64,000 bases of DNA from assembly GCA_041617155.1 (NCBI GenBank), contig JBFJPL010000001.1:18834-82833 (forward strand), given 5' to 3'. Below the pieces are notes generated by a model. The model was not told where the DNA came from. It made no database searches and saw nothing but the letters and a program-made list of their open reading frames with translations. Shown here in pieces: positions 29,103 through 38,258 of this stretch. Numbering within the stretch: position 1 is the first letter of the stretch; each line of letters begins with the position of its first letter. Both the position numbers and the translations under genes were made by a program. This stretch comes from Kiloniellales bacterium. GTDB lineage: Bacteria; Pseudomonadota; Alphaproteobacteria; Kiloniellales; JAKSDN01.

Positions 29103-29762
29103 TTGGCCATGCCCCTCGCTTACAGCGTCATCCGCAGCGAGCACTTTGAGCTGAACCTCGTGCTCGCCTGTCTCCAGCAGTTGACACAGGACGCGGGCCG
29201 GCAGCCGGACTTCGAGGTACTCTATCTGATTCTCGACTACATCGAGGGCTTCCCGGAGACCTTTCACCACCCGAAGGAGGAGGCGCATCTCTTCAAGGCG
29301 GTTCGCCGCCGCAAGCCCGATGCCGGGCCATTGATCGACCGCTTGTGCGACGAGCACGCCCAAGGCATCGAACTGATGACCGAGCTCAGAGAGTCGCTCG
29401 ATGCCTACGCCAGCGACCCCGCCGCCAGGGGGCGGTTTCATGAGGTTGCGATGCGCTATGTGGCGTTCGAGCGGGCCCACATGCGGTGCGAGGAGCAGGA
29501 GATCCTGCCGCTCGCCCTCGAGGTGCTGACCCGAGAAGATTGGCAGGAGATCGCGGCGGCCTTCCTGTCGAACCAGCACCCGCTGCTCAACCCGACACGC
29601 CAGCGGCAGTTCGACAAGCTGTTCGGCACGATCCTGCGTGTCGTGCCGGGCGGCTTGATCCTTCAGGCCGAGGCGATCAAGGCCCAGCAGTCGTCCTCTC
29701 AGGAATCCTCTTCGTCGTCGAACAGTATGCGCTCGGCGGCGCCGTCCAGATCATCGTACTGA
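29103..29762 (+). CDS. Hemerythrin/HHE cation-binding domain protein
   Basis: IRSEH...FHHPKEEAHLF...CDEHAQG...ERAHMRCEEQEILPLA are HHE-type ligand motifs. The low-complexity Ser-rich tail overlaps ccoS on the opposite strand. Confidence 0.75.
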   Translation: MAMPLAYSVIRSEHFELNLVLACLQQLTQDAGRQPDFEVLYLILDYIEGFPETFHHPKEEAHLFKAVRRRKPDAGPLIDRLCDEHAQGIELMTELRESLDAYASDPAARGRFHEVAMRYVAFERAHMRCEEQEILPLALEVLTREDWQEIAAAFLSNQHPLLNPTRQRQFDKLFGTILRVVPGGLILQAEAIKAQQSSSQESSSSSNSMRSAAPSRSSY

Positions 29763-29848
29763 CCCGAACGCAGCGACCAGAGGAAAGCGCCCAAGCCGAT
29801 CAGGCCGAGCAGGAGCGCGATCGGGATCAAGTAAAGCATGCCGCTCAT
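29699..29848 (-). CDS. ccoS: cbb3 oxidase maturation protein CcoS/FixS
   Basis: MSGMLYLIPIALLLGLIGLGAFLWSLRSGQYDDLDGAAERILFDDE. ATGA overlap with ccoI. The track entry (to 30265) is over-extended. Confidence 0.88.
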   Translation of the reverse strand: MSGMLYLIPIALLLGLIGLGAFLWSLRSGQYDDLDGAAERILFDDEEDS

Positions 29849-32046
29849 CGCCCGCCTCCCGCCCGCGCGGCGCGGCCGAGGCGCAGCGCATTGGCGATCA
29901 CCACCAGCGACGATGTCGACATGGCGATCGCGGCGATCAAGGGCGTCACCAGACCGGCCATCGCCAGCGGTATGGTCAGCGCGTTGTAGCCGAAGGCGAG
30001 CCAAAGATTCTCCCGGACCAGATGCTCGGCCCGCCGCGCGACGCCCAGGAGTTCCAGCACCGGCCCCAGGGACCGGCCCTGAAACACCGCGTCGGCCGCC
30101 GTTTGGCTGATATCGATGGCGCTGGAGGGCGACAGCGAGACCAAGGCGGCGGCCAGCGCCGGCGCGTCGTTCAGGCCGTCGCCGACCATCAACACCCGCT
30201 GGCCCCGCGCGCGCAGGGCTTCGAGATGGGCGACCTTGTCGGCCGGGCTGCATGCCGCCCGCCACTTGGTGATGCCCAGTTCACCGGCGACCCGGGCGAC
30301 TGGCGCCGCGCGGTCGCCGGACAAGAGCTCGACTGACAGTCCACTGTCCTCGAGCGCGGCGATCACCGCGGCCGCATCCGCGCGTGGCCGGTCGACGAAG
30401 GCAAAGCGCCGTGGCGCGCTGTCGGGCGCCGTCAGCCAAAGTTCCGGTCCGTCGGCGCTTGCGTCCTCTGGCAGGCCGCACCAGCGTCGGCTGCCCAGCC
30501 GGATTTCGCCCGCCTCGGTCGGCAGCGTGAGGCCCCGCCCGGGCAGCTCCCGCACGCCCTCCGCGAGCGCGACCTCGGGTGCGGCGCGCAGCAAGGCCCG
30601 CGCCAGAGGGTGGCGACTCGCGCCGGCCAGCGAGGCCGCCAGCGCGAGCCCGCCCGGGTCGAGCGCCTGGCCCTGCAGTTCCGGCCGGCCTTCGGTCAGA
30701 GTACCGGTCTTGTCGAACACCACAGTATCGACCGTGGCCAGGCGCTCCAGCGCGGTGGCCGATTTCAGCAGCACGCCCCGGCCGAGCAGGCGCCCGCTGG
30801 CGATCACCTGCACCGCCGGCACCGCGAGGCCGAGCGCGCAGGGACAGGTGATGATCAAGACCGAGACGGCGGTCAGCAATGCCGTCTGCCAGGGCACTCC
30901 CGCGAACAAAACCCAGCCCAGGAAGGTCAGCAGGGCAAGGCTGTGGACTAGCGGGGCGTAGAGCCGCGCGACACGGTCGGCCAGTGCGACGTACTTGGCG
31001 CTGCGTTGCTCGGCCAGTTCCATCAAGCGCACGATCTCGGCCAGCAGGGTGCGCCCGCCGACCGCGGTGACCTCGAGGGTAAGCGGCGCCGCCAGGTTGA
31101 GCGTGCCGGCGAACACCGGATCCCCGGGCCCGGCCGGGACCGGCAGGCTTTCGCCGCTGATCAGGCTGTTGTCCAGCTCGGACTCGCCGGCGCGGACCCG
31201 GGCGTCGACCGCGATGCGCTCGCCGGCCGCGACCAGGACGGTCATATCGGCGCGGATCTGTTCGGCCGGCAGCCTGGCTTGCGTGCCGTCCGGGCGAAGC
31301 ACCGTCACCGGGCGGTTTTCCAGTGCCAGCAGTCGCTCGGCGGCGCCTCTCGCCTTGCCGCGCGCGCGGCGGTCCAGATAGCGGCCGATCAGTAGGAAGA
31401 ACAGCAGCCCGACGGCAGCCTCGAAGTAGACATGCGGCCCCCCCTCCGCGGTCTCCCACAGGCTGACCCCGGCGGCGAGCAGCACCGCCAGCGCGATCGG
31501 CAGATCCATGTTGGTCCGCCCGGCCCTGAGCGCCGCCAGGGCCGAGCGGAAGAACGGCCGGCCGGCATAGGCGATCGCCGGCAGGGCGATCAGCGCCGAG
31601 AACCAGTGCAGTAGCCCGCGGGTCGCCGGACCCATGTCCTGGGCGTGGCCGGCCCACACCGCGACCGACAGCAGCATCACGTTGCCGGCGGCGAAGCCGG
31701 CCACGGCGAGCGCGCGCAGCAGCTCCTTTTCCGCTAGGGCGTCGCCGCTTCGCAGCCGCTCGGCATCGTAAGGCACGACATGGAAGCCGAGCTGCTCGAC
31801 CGCCCGTGCCAGCTCAGGGGCCCGCGCCGCCGCGCCCTGCCAGCGCAACGCCAGACGGCGCGTGGTCAGGTTGACCCGGCCCAGGCTCAGGCCCGGCTGC
31901 TGCGCCAGTGCGGTTTCGATCCGTCGCACGCAGCCGCCGCAGTGCAGACCTTCGACGATCAGCTCCAACGAGTGCTCGCCGTTGTCGTGCGCCCTGGCAT
32001 GGACCGCCAGGTCCGCGGCGCCGGCCGTGTCGCCGAGCGACGCCAT
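29845..32046 (-). CDS. ccoI: Copper-translocating P1B-type ATPase CcoI/FixI
   Basis: Heavy-metal-binding GLHCGGC, CPC in a TM segment (ITCPCALG), DKTGTLT, GDGLNDAPAL. TGATG overlap with ccoH. Confidence 0.92.
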   Translation of the reverse strand: MASLGDTAGAADLAVHARAHDNGEHSLELIVEGLHCGGCVRRIETALAQQPGLSLGRVNLTTRRLALRWQGAAARAPELARAVEQLGFHVVPYDAERLRSGDALAEKELLRALAVAGFAAGNVMLLSVAVWAGHAQDMGPATRGLLHWFSALIALPAIAYAGRPFFRSALAALRAGRTNMDLPIALAVLLAAGVSLWETAEGGPHVYFEAAVGLLFFLLIGRYLDRRARGKARGAAERLLALENRPVTVLRPDGTQARLPAEQIRADMTVLVAAGERIAVDARVRAGESELDNSLISGESLPVPAGPGDPVFAGTLNLAAPLTLEVTAVGGRTLLAEIVRLMELAEQRSAKYVALADRVARLYAPLVHSLALLTFLGWVLFAGVPWQTALLTAVSVLIITCPCALGLAVPAVQVIASGRLLGRGVLLKSATALERLATVDTVVFDKTGTLTEGRPELQGQALDPGGLALAASLAGASRHPLARALLRAAPEVALAEGVRELPGRGLTLPTEAGEIRLGSRRWCGLPEDASADGPELWLTAPDSAPRRFAFVDRPRADAAAVIAALEDSGLSVELLSGDRAAPVARVAGELGITKWRAACSPADKVAHLEALRARGQRVLMVGDGLNDAPALAAALVSLSPSSAIDISQTAADAVFQGRSLGPVLELLGVARRAEHLVRENLWLAFGYNALTIPLAMAGLVTPLIAAIAMSTSSLVVIANALRLGRAARAGGGR

Positions 32047-32525
32047 CACTCGATCACCACGCGGCGCCGCGCCTGATAGACACCGCCCGGGTGCTCGGCC
32101 AGGATCAAGAGATCCCACTGGCCGGGCAGGGGCAGCACGAGTTCGGTGCCGTAGCGGCCCGCCGCGCGCTTGGCGAGCGTCACCGTCGTGTCGTGACCGC
32201 TGTGGGTCGGCCGTATCAGCCTGGCACGAACCCGGTCCGGGATGACGGCGCCACCACGGCGATCCCGCAGGGTGACCTCGATCCGAACCCCCTGCGCGCC
32301 GGTCGATTGGACCACCGATTCGAGCTGCCAGCCGAGCGTCCGCTGCGCGCGGGCGGCCTCGAGCGTCCGGTTGTAGTCGACCCCTTTGCTATAGGCGCCG
32401 ACGGTCTCCAGGCCGGTCCAGCTGGTGAAGGCGAAGATCATCATGATGCCGTTGGCCGCCAGGACCACGGCGAACATGGCGAAGAACACCCAGGGACCCC
32501 AGCCCAGACGCCGTCGGTCGATCAT
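32046..32525 (-). CDS. ccoH: CcoH/FixH
   Basis: One N-terminal TM segment, typical size, and position between ccoG and ccoI. Confidence 0.85.
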   Translation of the reverse strand: MIDRRRLGWGPWVFFAMFAVVLAANGIMMIFAFTSWTGLETVGAYSKGVDYNRTLEAARAQRTLGWQLESVVQSTGAQGVRIEVTLRDRRGGAVIPDRVRARLIRPTHSGHDTTVTLAKRAAGRYGTELVLPLPGQWDLLILAEHPGGVYQARRRVVIE

Positions 32526-34009
32526 CTTGCCGGTCCCCGGAAGCTGGCTTGGTAGACCGATTCTTCGCCGCGGGCTTCGTCGCGCAGCACGAAGTTGATC
32601 GGCACGGTGTCGCCGGGCATTTCGCCTTTCGGCAGGGTGACGTAGACCCGGAAGGTGGCGACCGAATCGGCCCGCGCGTTCAGCACCACCGCCTCGTGCG
32701 CGTCGCCTGGCTGCCCGACCACCTGCATGGTGGCCGCGGGCGGACCGTCAAGGCTGAGCACGAAGGCGCGCGCCGCGCGGGTCTGGTTCAGCAACTTGAT
32801 GGTGTAGCCGTTGCGGATGTCGCCGTCGGACAGGGTGACGAACAGCGGGCTGCGCTCGTGCAGCACGTTGATGTCGAAGGTCGGCCGGAAGATCAGGCTC
32901 CATAGCATGACCCCGGCGACGACCAGGAACAGCAGGCTATAGATCACCGTGCGCGGCCGCGCCAGTTGATAGGACGACGGCTGGCCGAGCGCGCGGTTCT
33001 GCTGGTTGCGTTCGGTGTCGTAGGTGATCAGGTTGGCCGGCCGGCCGACCCGCTCCATGACACTGTTGCAGGCATCGATACAGAGCGCGCAGCCGATGCA
33101 CTCGAGCTGGTTGCCGTCGCGGATGTCGATCCCGGTCGGGCAGACCGCGACACACATGTTGCAGTCGACGCAATCGCCGCGGTCGTCCCAGCTCTGGCCC
33201 TTTTTGTGCTTGCCGCGCGGCTCGCCGCGCCACTTCTCGTAGGTGACGACCAGCGAGTCCTCGTCGAGCATGGCGGCCTGGATGCGTGGCCAGGGGCACA
33301 TGTAGGTGCAGACCTGCTCGCGCGCCCAGCCGGCCAGTAGATAGGTCGTCGCCGTGAACAGACCGGCGAAGAAGTAGACGGTCGGCGAGGCTTGGCCGGT
33401 GAAGATCGCCCGCACCACGGTGGGCGCGTCGTTAAAATACATGATCCAGGCACCGCCGGTCGCCGCGGCGATGACCAGCCAGAGCGCGTGCTTCAGGGTC
33501 TTGCGCGCCGCCTTGTCGAGGCTGGGGGCGCTCTTGTCCAGCTTAATGCGGGCGTTGCGGTCGCCTTCGATCAGGCGCTCGACCCACATGAAGAGATCGG
33601 TCCAGACCGTCTGCGGGCAGCTGTAGCCGCACCAGACCCGGCCGGCGATCGAGGTCACCAGGAACAGGCCGACGGCGGCCAGAATCAGCAGGCCGGCCAG
33701 GTAGTAGACCTCCTGCGGCCAGATCTCGATGAAAAAGAAGTAGAGTCGTTCGTGCGCCATATCGACCAGCACGGCCTGGTCGGGCGCTTCGGCCCCCCGG
33801 TCCCAGCGCAGCCACGGCACGATGTAATAGATCGCCAGCAGCCCGACCAGCGCGGCCCACTTGATGCGCCGAAAGCGGCCGGATACGTCTTTCGGATAGA
33901 CCTCGACGCGCCCGGCATAGAGCGGCTGGCGCTTCTGCGCCTCGACCGAAAGAGCGTCTTCGACCTGGACCGTGTCGGCCATCTGTTCCAAGCTTTCCAA
34001 GTGCCGCAT
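32522..34009 (-). CDS. ccoG: CcoG/FixG, 4Fe-4S ferredoxin-type membrane protein
   Basis: CGYSCPQ, CTYMCPW, CVDCNMCVAVCPTGIDIR, CIGCALCIDAC. Confidence 0.92.
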   Translation of the reverse strand: MRHLESLEQMADTVQVEDALSVEAQKRQPLYAGRVEVYPKDVSGRFRRIKWAALVGLLAIYYIVPWLRWDRGAEAPDQAVLVDMAHERLYFFFIEIWPQEVYYLAGLLILAAVGLFLVTSIAGRVWCGYSCPQTVWTDLFMWVERLIEGDRNARIKLDKSAPSLDKAARKTLKHALWLVIAAATGGAWIMYFNDAPTVVRAIFTGQASPTVYFFAGLFTATTYLLAGWAREQVCTYMCPWPRIQAAMLDEDSLVVTYEKWRGEPRGKHKKGQSWDDRGDCVDCNMCVAVCPTGIDIRDGNQLECIGCALCIDACNSVMERVGRPANLITYDTERNQQNRALGQPSSYQLARPRTVIYSLLFLVVAGVMLWSLIFRPTFDINVLHERSPLFVTLSDGDIRNGYTIKLLNQTRAARAFVLSLDGPPAATMQVVGQPGDAHEAVVLNARADSVATFRVYVTLPKGEMPGDTVPINFVLRDEARGEESVYQASFRGPAR

Positions 34010-34025
34010 AGCGGCGAGCCCCCGG

Positions 34026-34874
34026 CTACTCGCCGCCGCCCAGCGCGTGCACGTAAATCGTCAGCATCTTGATTGTCGTCTCATCGAGCCGCCCGGTCCA
34101 GCTGGGCATGACGCCGTGGCGCGGCCGCCTGATCTGGGCCAGAACGTCGGACCTCTTGCCGCCGTAGAGCCAGATCTGGTCGCTGAGGCGCGGGGCGCCG
34201 AAATCGCGACCGCCCTCGCCCGATGCGCCGTGACAGGCCGCGCAGTTCTCGGCGTAGATCTCCGCGCCGACGCCGTCCGCCGCGCCGCCCTCGGACAGGG
34301 CGAGCACATGGTCGGCGACTGCCTCGATCTGATCCGCTTCCAGCAGTCCGTCGGCGCCGAAGGCCGGCATCTCGCCGAAGCGCGCCTCCTCGTGTCCGTT
34401 GCGCACGCCATAGAGGATGGTGTGCTGGATCTGCTCCAGTCCGCCGCCCCAGAGCCAGTCGTCGTCGGCCAGCACCGGGTATTCGGGCCGGCCGGCACCG
34501 CCGGGCGCGTGACAGGGAGCGCAGTTGTCGGCGAAGGCGGCGCGGCCGCCGGTCAGGACGAAGTTAAGCAGCTCCGGGTCGCCCCGGATCTCGGCCATCG
34601 GCGTGGCCGCGACACGCTTCAGGTTGCCGGCCTGGCGGGCCTTGGCGCGCGCCAGGTTCTCGCTCAGCTCGACCCGTTGGGAATAGCCCAAAAGGCCCTT
34701 GCTGCCCGGGATCGTCGGATAGAGGACGTAGTAGACAAGAGACCAGGCAATCGTGGCATAGAGCACATAGAGCCACCACCTGGGCAGCGGGGTGTTGAGC
34801 TCCTTGATGCCGTCCCACTCGTGGCCGGTGGTCTCCGTACCGGTGATCGCGTCCTTCTCGACCTTGGTCGGCAT
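34026..34874 (-). CDS. ccoP: cbb3 oxidase diheme cytochrome c subunit
   Basis: HEWDGIKELNTPLPRWW, CAPCH and CAACH. Confidence 0.92.
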   Translation of the reverse strand: MPTKVEKDAITGTETTGHEWDGIKELNTPLPRWWLYVLYATIAWSLVYYVLYPTIPGSKGLLGYSQRVELSENLARAKARQAGNLKRVAATPMAEIRGDPELLNFVLTGGRAAFADNCAPCHAPGGAGRPEYPVLADDDWLWGGGLEQIQHTILYGVRNGHEEARFGEMPAFGADGLLEADQIEAVADHVLALSEGGAADGVGAEIYAENCAACHGASGEGGRDFGAPRLSDQIWLYGGKRSDVLAQIRRPRHGVMPSWTGRLDETTIKMLTIYVHALGGGE

Positions 34875-34877
34875 GGC

Positions 34878-35054
34878 TCACTTCTCCCCTTGGCTTTTCG
34901 GGTCATCGCCCTCCAGGGGGATGCGCGCGTGTTTCTCCATCTCGGATTTGCGCTTCGGCCACAGCACCCAGGCGACGATGCCCAGGAACAGGAGCATCAT
35001 CCAGACCACCCAGTAGGGGCGCAGCCAGTCGTAGAGCGTGCCGAGGATCTCCAT
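34878..35054 (-). CDS. ccoQ: cbb3 oxidase small subunit CcoQ/FixQ, 58 aa
   Basis: Manual translation gives MEILGTLYDWLRPYWVVWMMLLFLGIVAWVLWPKRKSEMEKHARIPLEGDDPKSQGEK. It is below the ORF-track size cut-off and sits between ccoO and ccoP. Confidence 0.85.
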   Translation of the reverse strand: MEILGTLYDWLRPYWVVWMMLLFLGIVAWVLWPKRKSEMEKHARIPLEGDDPKSQGEK

Positions 35055-35066
35055 GGCGCGGCCCTC

Positions 35067-35789
35067 CTACTGTTGAAGGTCTTCGGGCTTGAGGTCGGTG
35101 AAGTCGACCATGCGGCCCAGGATCTGCAAGTAGGCGATCACCGCGTCCATCTCGCTCAGGCGGCCCGGGTTGCCGTCGAAATCGGCGACCACGGCCTTGG
35201 GATAGCGCGCCAGGAGATCCTCGCTGTCGGCCTGCGGATCGGCCTGCGTCCGAAGATCCTCAAGCGCGCTCGCGATCATCTCGTCGCTGTAGGGCACGCC
35301 GACGCCGCGGTTGGCGCCGAGCCGCTCGGCTATGTCGCTGGTGTCGAGCGGCCGCTCGAGCATGAAGCCGTAGCCCGGCATGACCGATTCGGGCACCACG
35401 GCGCGCGGGTCGACCATGTGGGCGACGTGCCACTCGTTGGAATACTTGCCGCCGACCCGGGCCAGGTCCGGGCCGGTGCGTTTCGAGCCCCACTGGAACG
35501 GGTGGTCGTACATGGATTCGGCGGCCAGGCTGTAGTGGCCATAGCGCTCGACCTCGTCGCGGAACGGCCGGACCTGCTGCGAATGGCAGGTGTAGCAGCC
35601 CTCCCGCACGTAGATGTCGCGGCCGCGCAGCTCGAGCGGCGAATAGGGCCTGACACCCTCGACCTTCTCGATCGTGGACTCGACCGCGAACAGGGGCACG
35701 ATCTCGACCAGGCCGCCGATCGACACGGTGATCAGTACCAGCACCAGCATCAGGATGACGTTCTTTTCGATTTTCGCATGGCTGAACAT
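35067..35789 (-). CDS. ccoO: cbb3 oxidase monoheme subunit
   Basis: [20 protein letters not shown]. Confidence 0.93.
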   Translation of the reverse strand: MFSHAKIEKNVILMLVLVLITVSIGGLVEIVPLFAVESTIEKVEGVRPYSPLELRGRDIYVREGCYTCHSQQVRPFRDEVERYGHYSLAAESMYDHPFQWGSKRTGPDLARVGGKYSNEWHVAHMVDPRAVVPESVMPGYGFMLERPLDTSDIAERLGANRGVGVPYSDEMIASALEDLRTQADPQADSEDLLARYPKAVVADFDGNPGRLSEMDAVIAYLQILGRMVDFTDLKPEDLQQ

Positions 35790-35799
35790 GGTGCGCTCC

Positions 35800-37272
35800 T
35801 CACTCGGCCGGTTCGGCGGTCGGCCCGGATACCGGCATGGGTGCCATGACCCGGGCTTCGTCGCGCACCTCGCCGCGAGCGGTGCGGATCAGGTTGTAGA
35901 CCATGATCAGCGCGCCGATCAGGAACAGCACGCCGCCCAGCGCCCGGATCACGTAGAAGGGATGCATCGCCTCGACCGTCTCGACGAAGGAGTACTGCAG
36001 GAAGCCGAGGAAGTCGTAGGACCGCCACATCAGGCCCTGGAGGATTCCGGACACCCACATAGCGGTGATGTAGAAGACGATGCCGATGGTCGCGATCCAG
36101 AAGTGGACGCTGACCAACTTCTCGGAGTAGAGCCGTTCGCGCTTCCACAGGCGCGGCACCAGGAAGTAGACCGCCCCGAAGGACACGAAGGCAACCCAGC
36201 CGAGCGCGCCGGAATGGACGTGGCCGATGGTCCAATCGGTATAGTGGCTGAGCGCGTTGACCGGCTTGATCGACATGACCGGGCCCTCGAAGGTGCTCAT
36301 GCCGTAGAACGCGACCGAGACCACGAGGAAGCGCAGCACCGGGTCGGTGCGCAGCTTGTCCCAGGCTCCGGACAGGGTCATCAAGCCGTTGATCATTCCG
36401 CCCCACGACGGCATCCACAGCATGACCGAAAAGGTCATGCCGAGCGTCTGCGACCAGTCCGGCAGGCTGGTGTAGTGCAGGTGGTGCGGGCCGGCCCAGA
36501 TGTAGAGAAAGATCAGCGACCAGAAGTGGATGATCGACAGGCGGTAGGAATAGACCGGCCGCTCCGCCTGCTTGGGGATGAAGTAGTACATGATGCCCAG
36601 AAATCCGGCGGTCAGGAAGAAACCGACCGCGTTGTGGCCATACCACCACTGGGTCAGTGCGTCCTGTACGCCGGCGAACAGCGAGTAACTCTTGGTCCCG
36701 GTCCACGATACCGGCAGCGCCAGGTTGTTGACGATGTGAAGCATGGCGACGGTCACGATGAAGGCCAGGTAGAACCAGTTCGCCACGTAGATGTGCGGTT
36801 CCTTGCGCTTGACGATGGTGCCGACGAATACGATCAGGTAGACGACCCAGACCAGCGTCAGCCAAAGGTCGACGTACCACTCTGGTTCGGCGTACTCCCG
36901 GCTCTGCGTGATGCCGAAGACATAGCCGGTGCCGGCCAGCACCAGGAACAGCTGGTAGCCGAAGAAGATGAAGGCGGCTGCTTCCTCGCCGCCGAACAGA
37001 CCGGTCCGGCAGGTCCGCTGCACCACGTAGAGCGAGGTGGCGATCAGGGCGTTACCGCCAAAGCCGAAAATCGCGGCAGAAGTGTGCAGCGGCCTCAGCC
37101 GCCCGAAGGAGGTCCACTCGAGATCCAGGTTCAATATGGGGTAGGCCAGCTGAAAAGCGATGAACATGCCGGCCAGAAAGGCCGCGACCCCCCAGAACAC
37201 CGTCGCGATAACGAAGAGGCGGATCACATTTTCGTTGTATCCGCCCGCCGCCGCTTGGGCTCGCTCAGCCAT
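35800..37272 (-). CDS. ccoN: cbb3 oxidase catalytic subunit I
   Basis: Heme-copper oxidase core ([16 protein letters not shown]...). ATG at 37272 follows GGGGAGGGG. The track start at 37335 is over-extended. Confidence 0.93.
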   Translation of the reverse strand: MAERAQAAAGGYNENVIRLFVIATVFWGVAAFLAGMFIAFQLAYPILNLDLEWTSFGRLRPLHTSAAIFGFGGNALIATSLYVVQRTCRTGLFGGEEAAAFIFFGYQLFLVLAGTGYVFGITQSREYAEPEWYVDLWLTLVWVVYLIVFVGTIVKRKEPHIYVANWFYLAFIVTVAMLHIVNNLALPVSWTGTKSYSLFAGVQDALTQWWYGHNAVGFFLTAGFLGIMYYFIPKQAERPVYSYRLSIIHFWSLIFLYIWAGPHHLHYTSLPDWSQTLGMTFSVMLWMPSWGGMINGLMTLSGAWDKLRTDPVLRFLVVSVAFYGMSTFEGPVMSIKPVNALSHYTDWTIGHVHSGALGWVAFVSFGAVYFLVPRLWKRERLYSEKLVSVHFWIATIGIVFYITAMWVSGILQGLMWRSYDFLGFLQYSFVETVEAMHPFYVIRALGGVLFLIGALIMVYNLIRTARGEVRDEARVMAPMPVSGPTAEPAE

Positions 37273-37385
37273 TTCCCCTCCCCGCTTTCGGTCCTCGCGT
37301 CCTCCGATCGCGGTCGGGCGGGGCATCGTCCGCACGGCGCCGCGTCAGGCCGGCCGGAAACTGGCCGAACTTGTTGCAGTAAACA

Positions 37386-37399
37386 TTGACATAGGTCAA
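37386..37399. promoter_or_regulatory. FNR/FixK-type anaerobox TTGACATAGGTCAA
   Basis: In the divergent intergenic region, 113 bp from the ccoN start and 58 bp from the 37458 start. Confidence 0.78.
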
Positions 37400-37457
37400 T
37401 GCTGCGCAAAGGAATAGACTGCAAATCAGCTGGAAACGGGGATAAGGAGACGTTGCC

Positions 37458-38258
37458 ATGGCGGAGACAGGCGGGACCTCCGAAAGCATTCCGGTCTTTG
37501 CCGGTCCCAGCCCCAAGGTCCGGCGCATCGGCATGGACCGCCCCTGGGCCTGGTTGGCCGCGGGGTGGCAGGATCTGCGGCGCGCGCCGGCTGTCGGTTT
37601 AGCCTACGGCGTGATCTTTGCCGCCGCTGGCTTGGTGCTGACCGCCGCCATCTGGCTGCTCGACGTCTTCTATCTGGTGCTGCCGCTGGTCGCCGGCTTC
37701 ATGCTGATGGGGCCGATTCTGGCGGTCGGGCTCTACGAGGTCAGCCGGCGGCTCGGCGCCGGGGAGCCGGTCGGCTTCGCCCCGGCCTTGACCGCCTGGC
37801 GCCGCAATCCGGCGCAGATCGCCCTGATGGGCCTGCTGCTGATGCTGTTCCTCCTGGCCTGGATCCGTGTCGCGACCCTGGTTTTCGCGCTGTTCTTCAG
37901 CCAGAACCCGCCCGACCCCAACAACTTCATCGCCGATGTCTTCTTCTCGGTCGAGAGCGTTCCCTTCATCCTGGTCGGCAGCGCGATCGGCGCTGTCTTG
38001 GCCGCGCTGGTCTTCGCGCTCAGCGCCGTGTCGATCCCCATGCTGCTCGACCGGGACATCAACGTCATCACCGCGGCGGTCAGCAGCTTCGTCGCCGTGC
38101 GCCACAACCTGGCGCCGATGGCGGTTTGGGCCGGTCTTATCGTGCTCTTTACCGGCGCCGGCCTTGTGACCGGGTACCTGGGCCTGGTCGTGACCCTGCC
38201 GCTGATCGGGCACGCGACCTGGCACGCCTACAAGGATCTGGTGGAGGTTACGGCTTAG
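37458..38258 (+). CDS. Integral membrane protein (DUF2189-like)
   Basis: Five or six TM segments. Divergent from ccoN. The family assignment is from memory of similar proteins. Confidence 0.65.
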   Translation: MAETGGTSESIPVFAGPSPKVRRIGMDRPWAWLAAGWQDLRRAPAVGLAYGVIFAAAGLVLTAAIWLLDVFYLVLPLVAGFMLMGPILAVGLYEVSRRLGAGEPVGFAPALTAWRRNPAQIALMGLLLMLFLLAWIRVATLVFALFFSQNPPDPNNFIADVFFSVESVPFILVGSAIGAVLAALVFALSAVSIPMLLDRDINVITAAVSSFVAVRHNLAPMAVWAGLIVLFTGAGLVTGYLGLVVTLPLIGHATWHAYKDLVEVTA

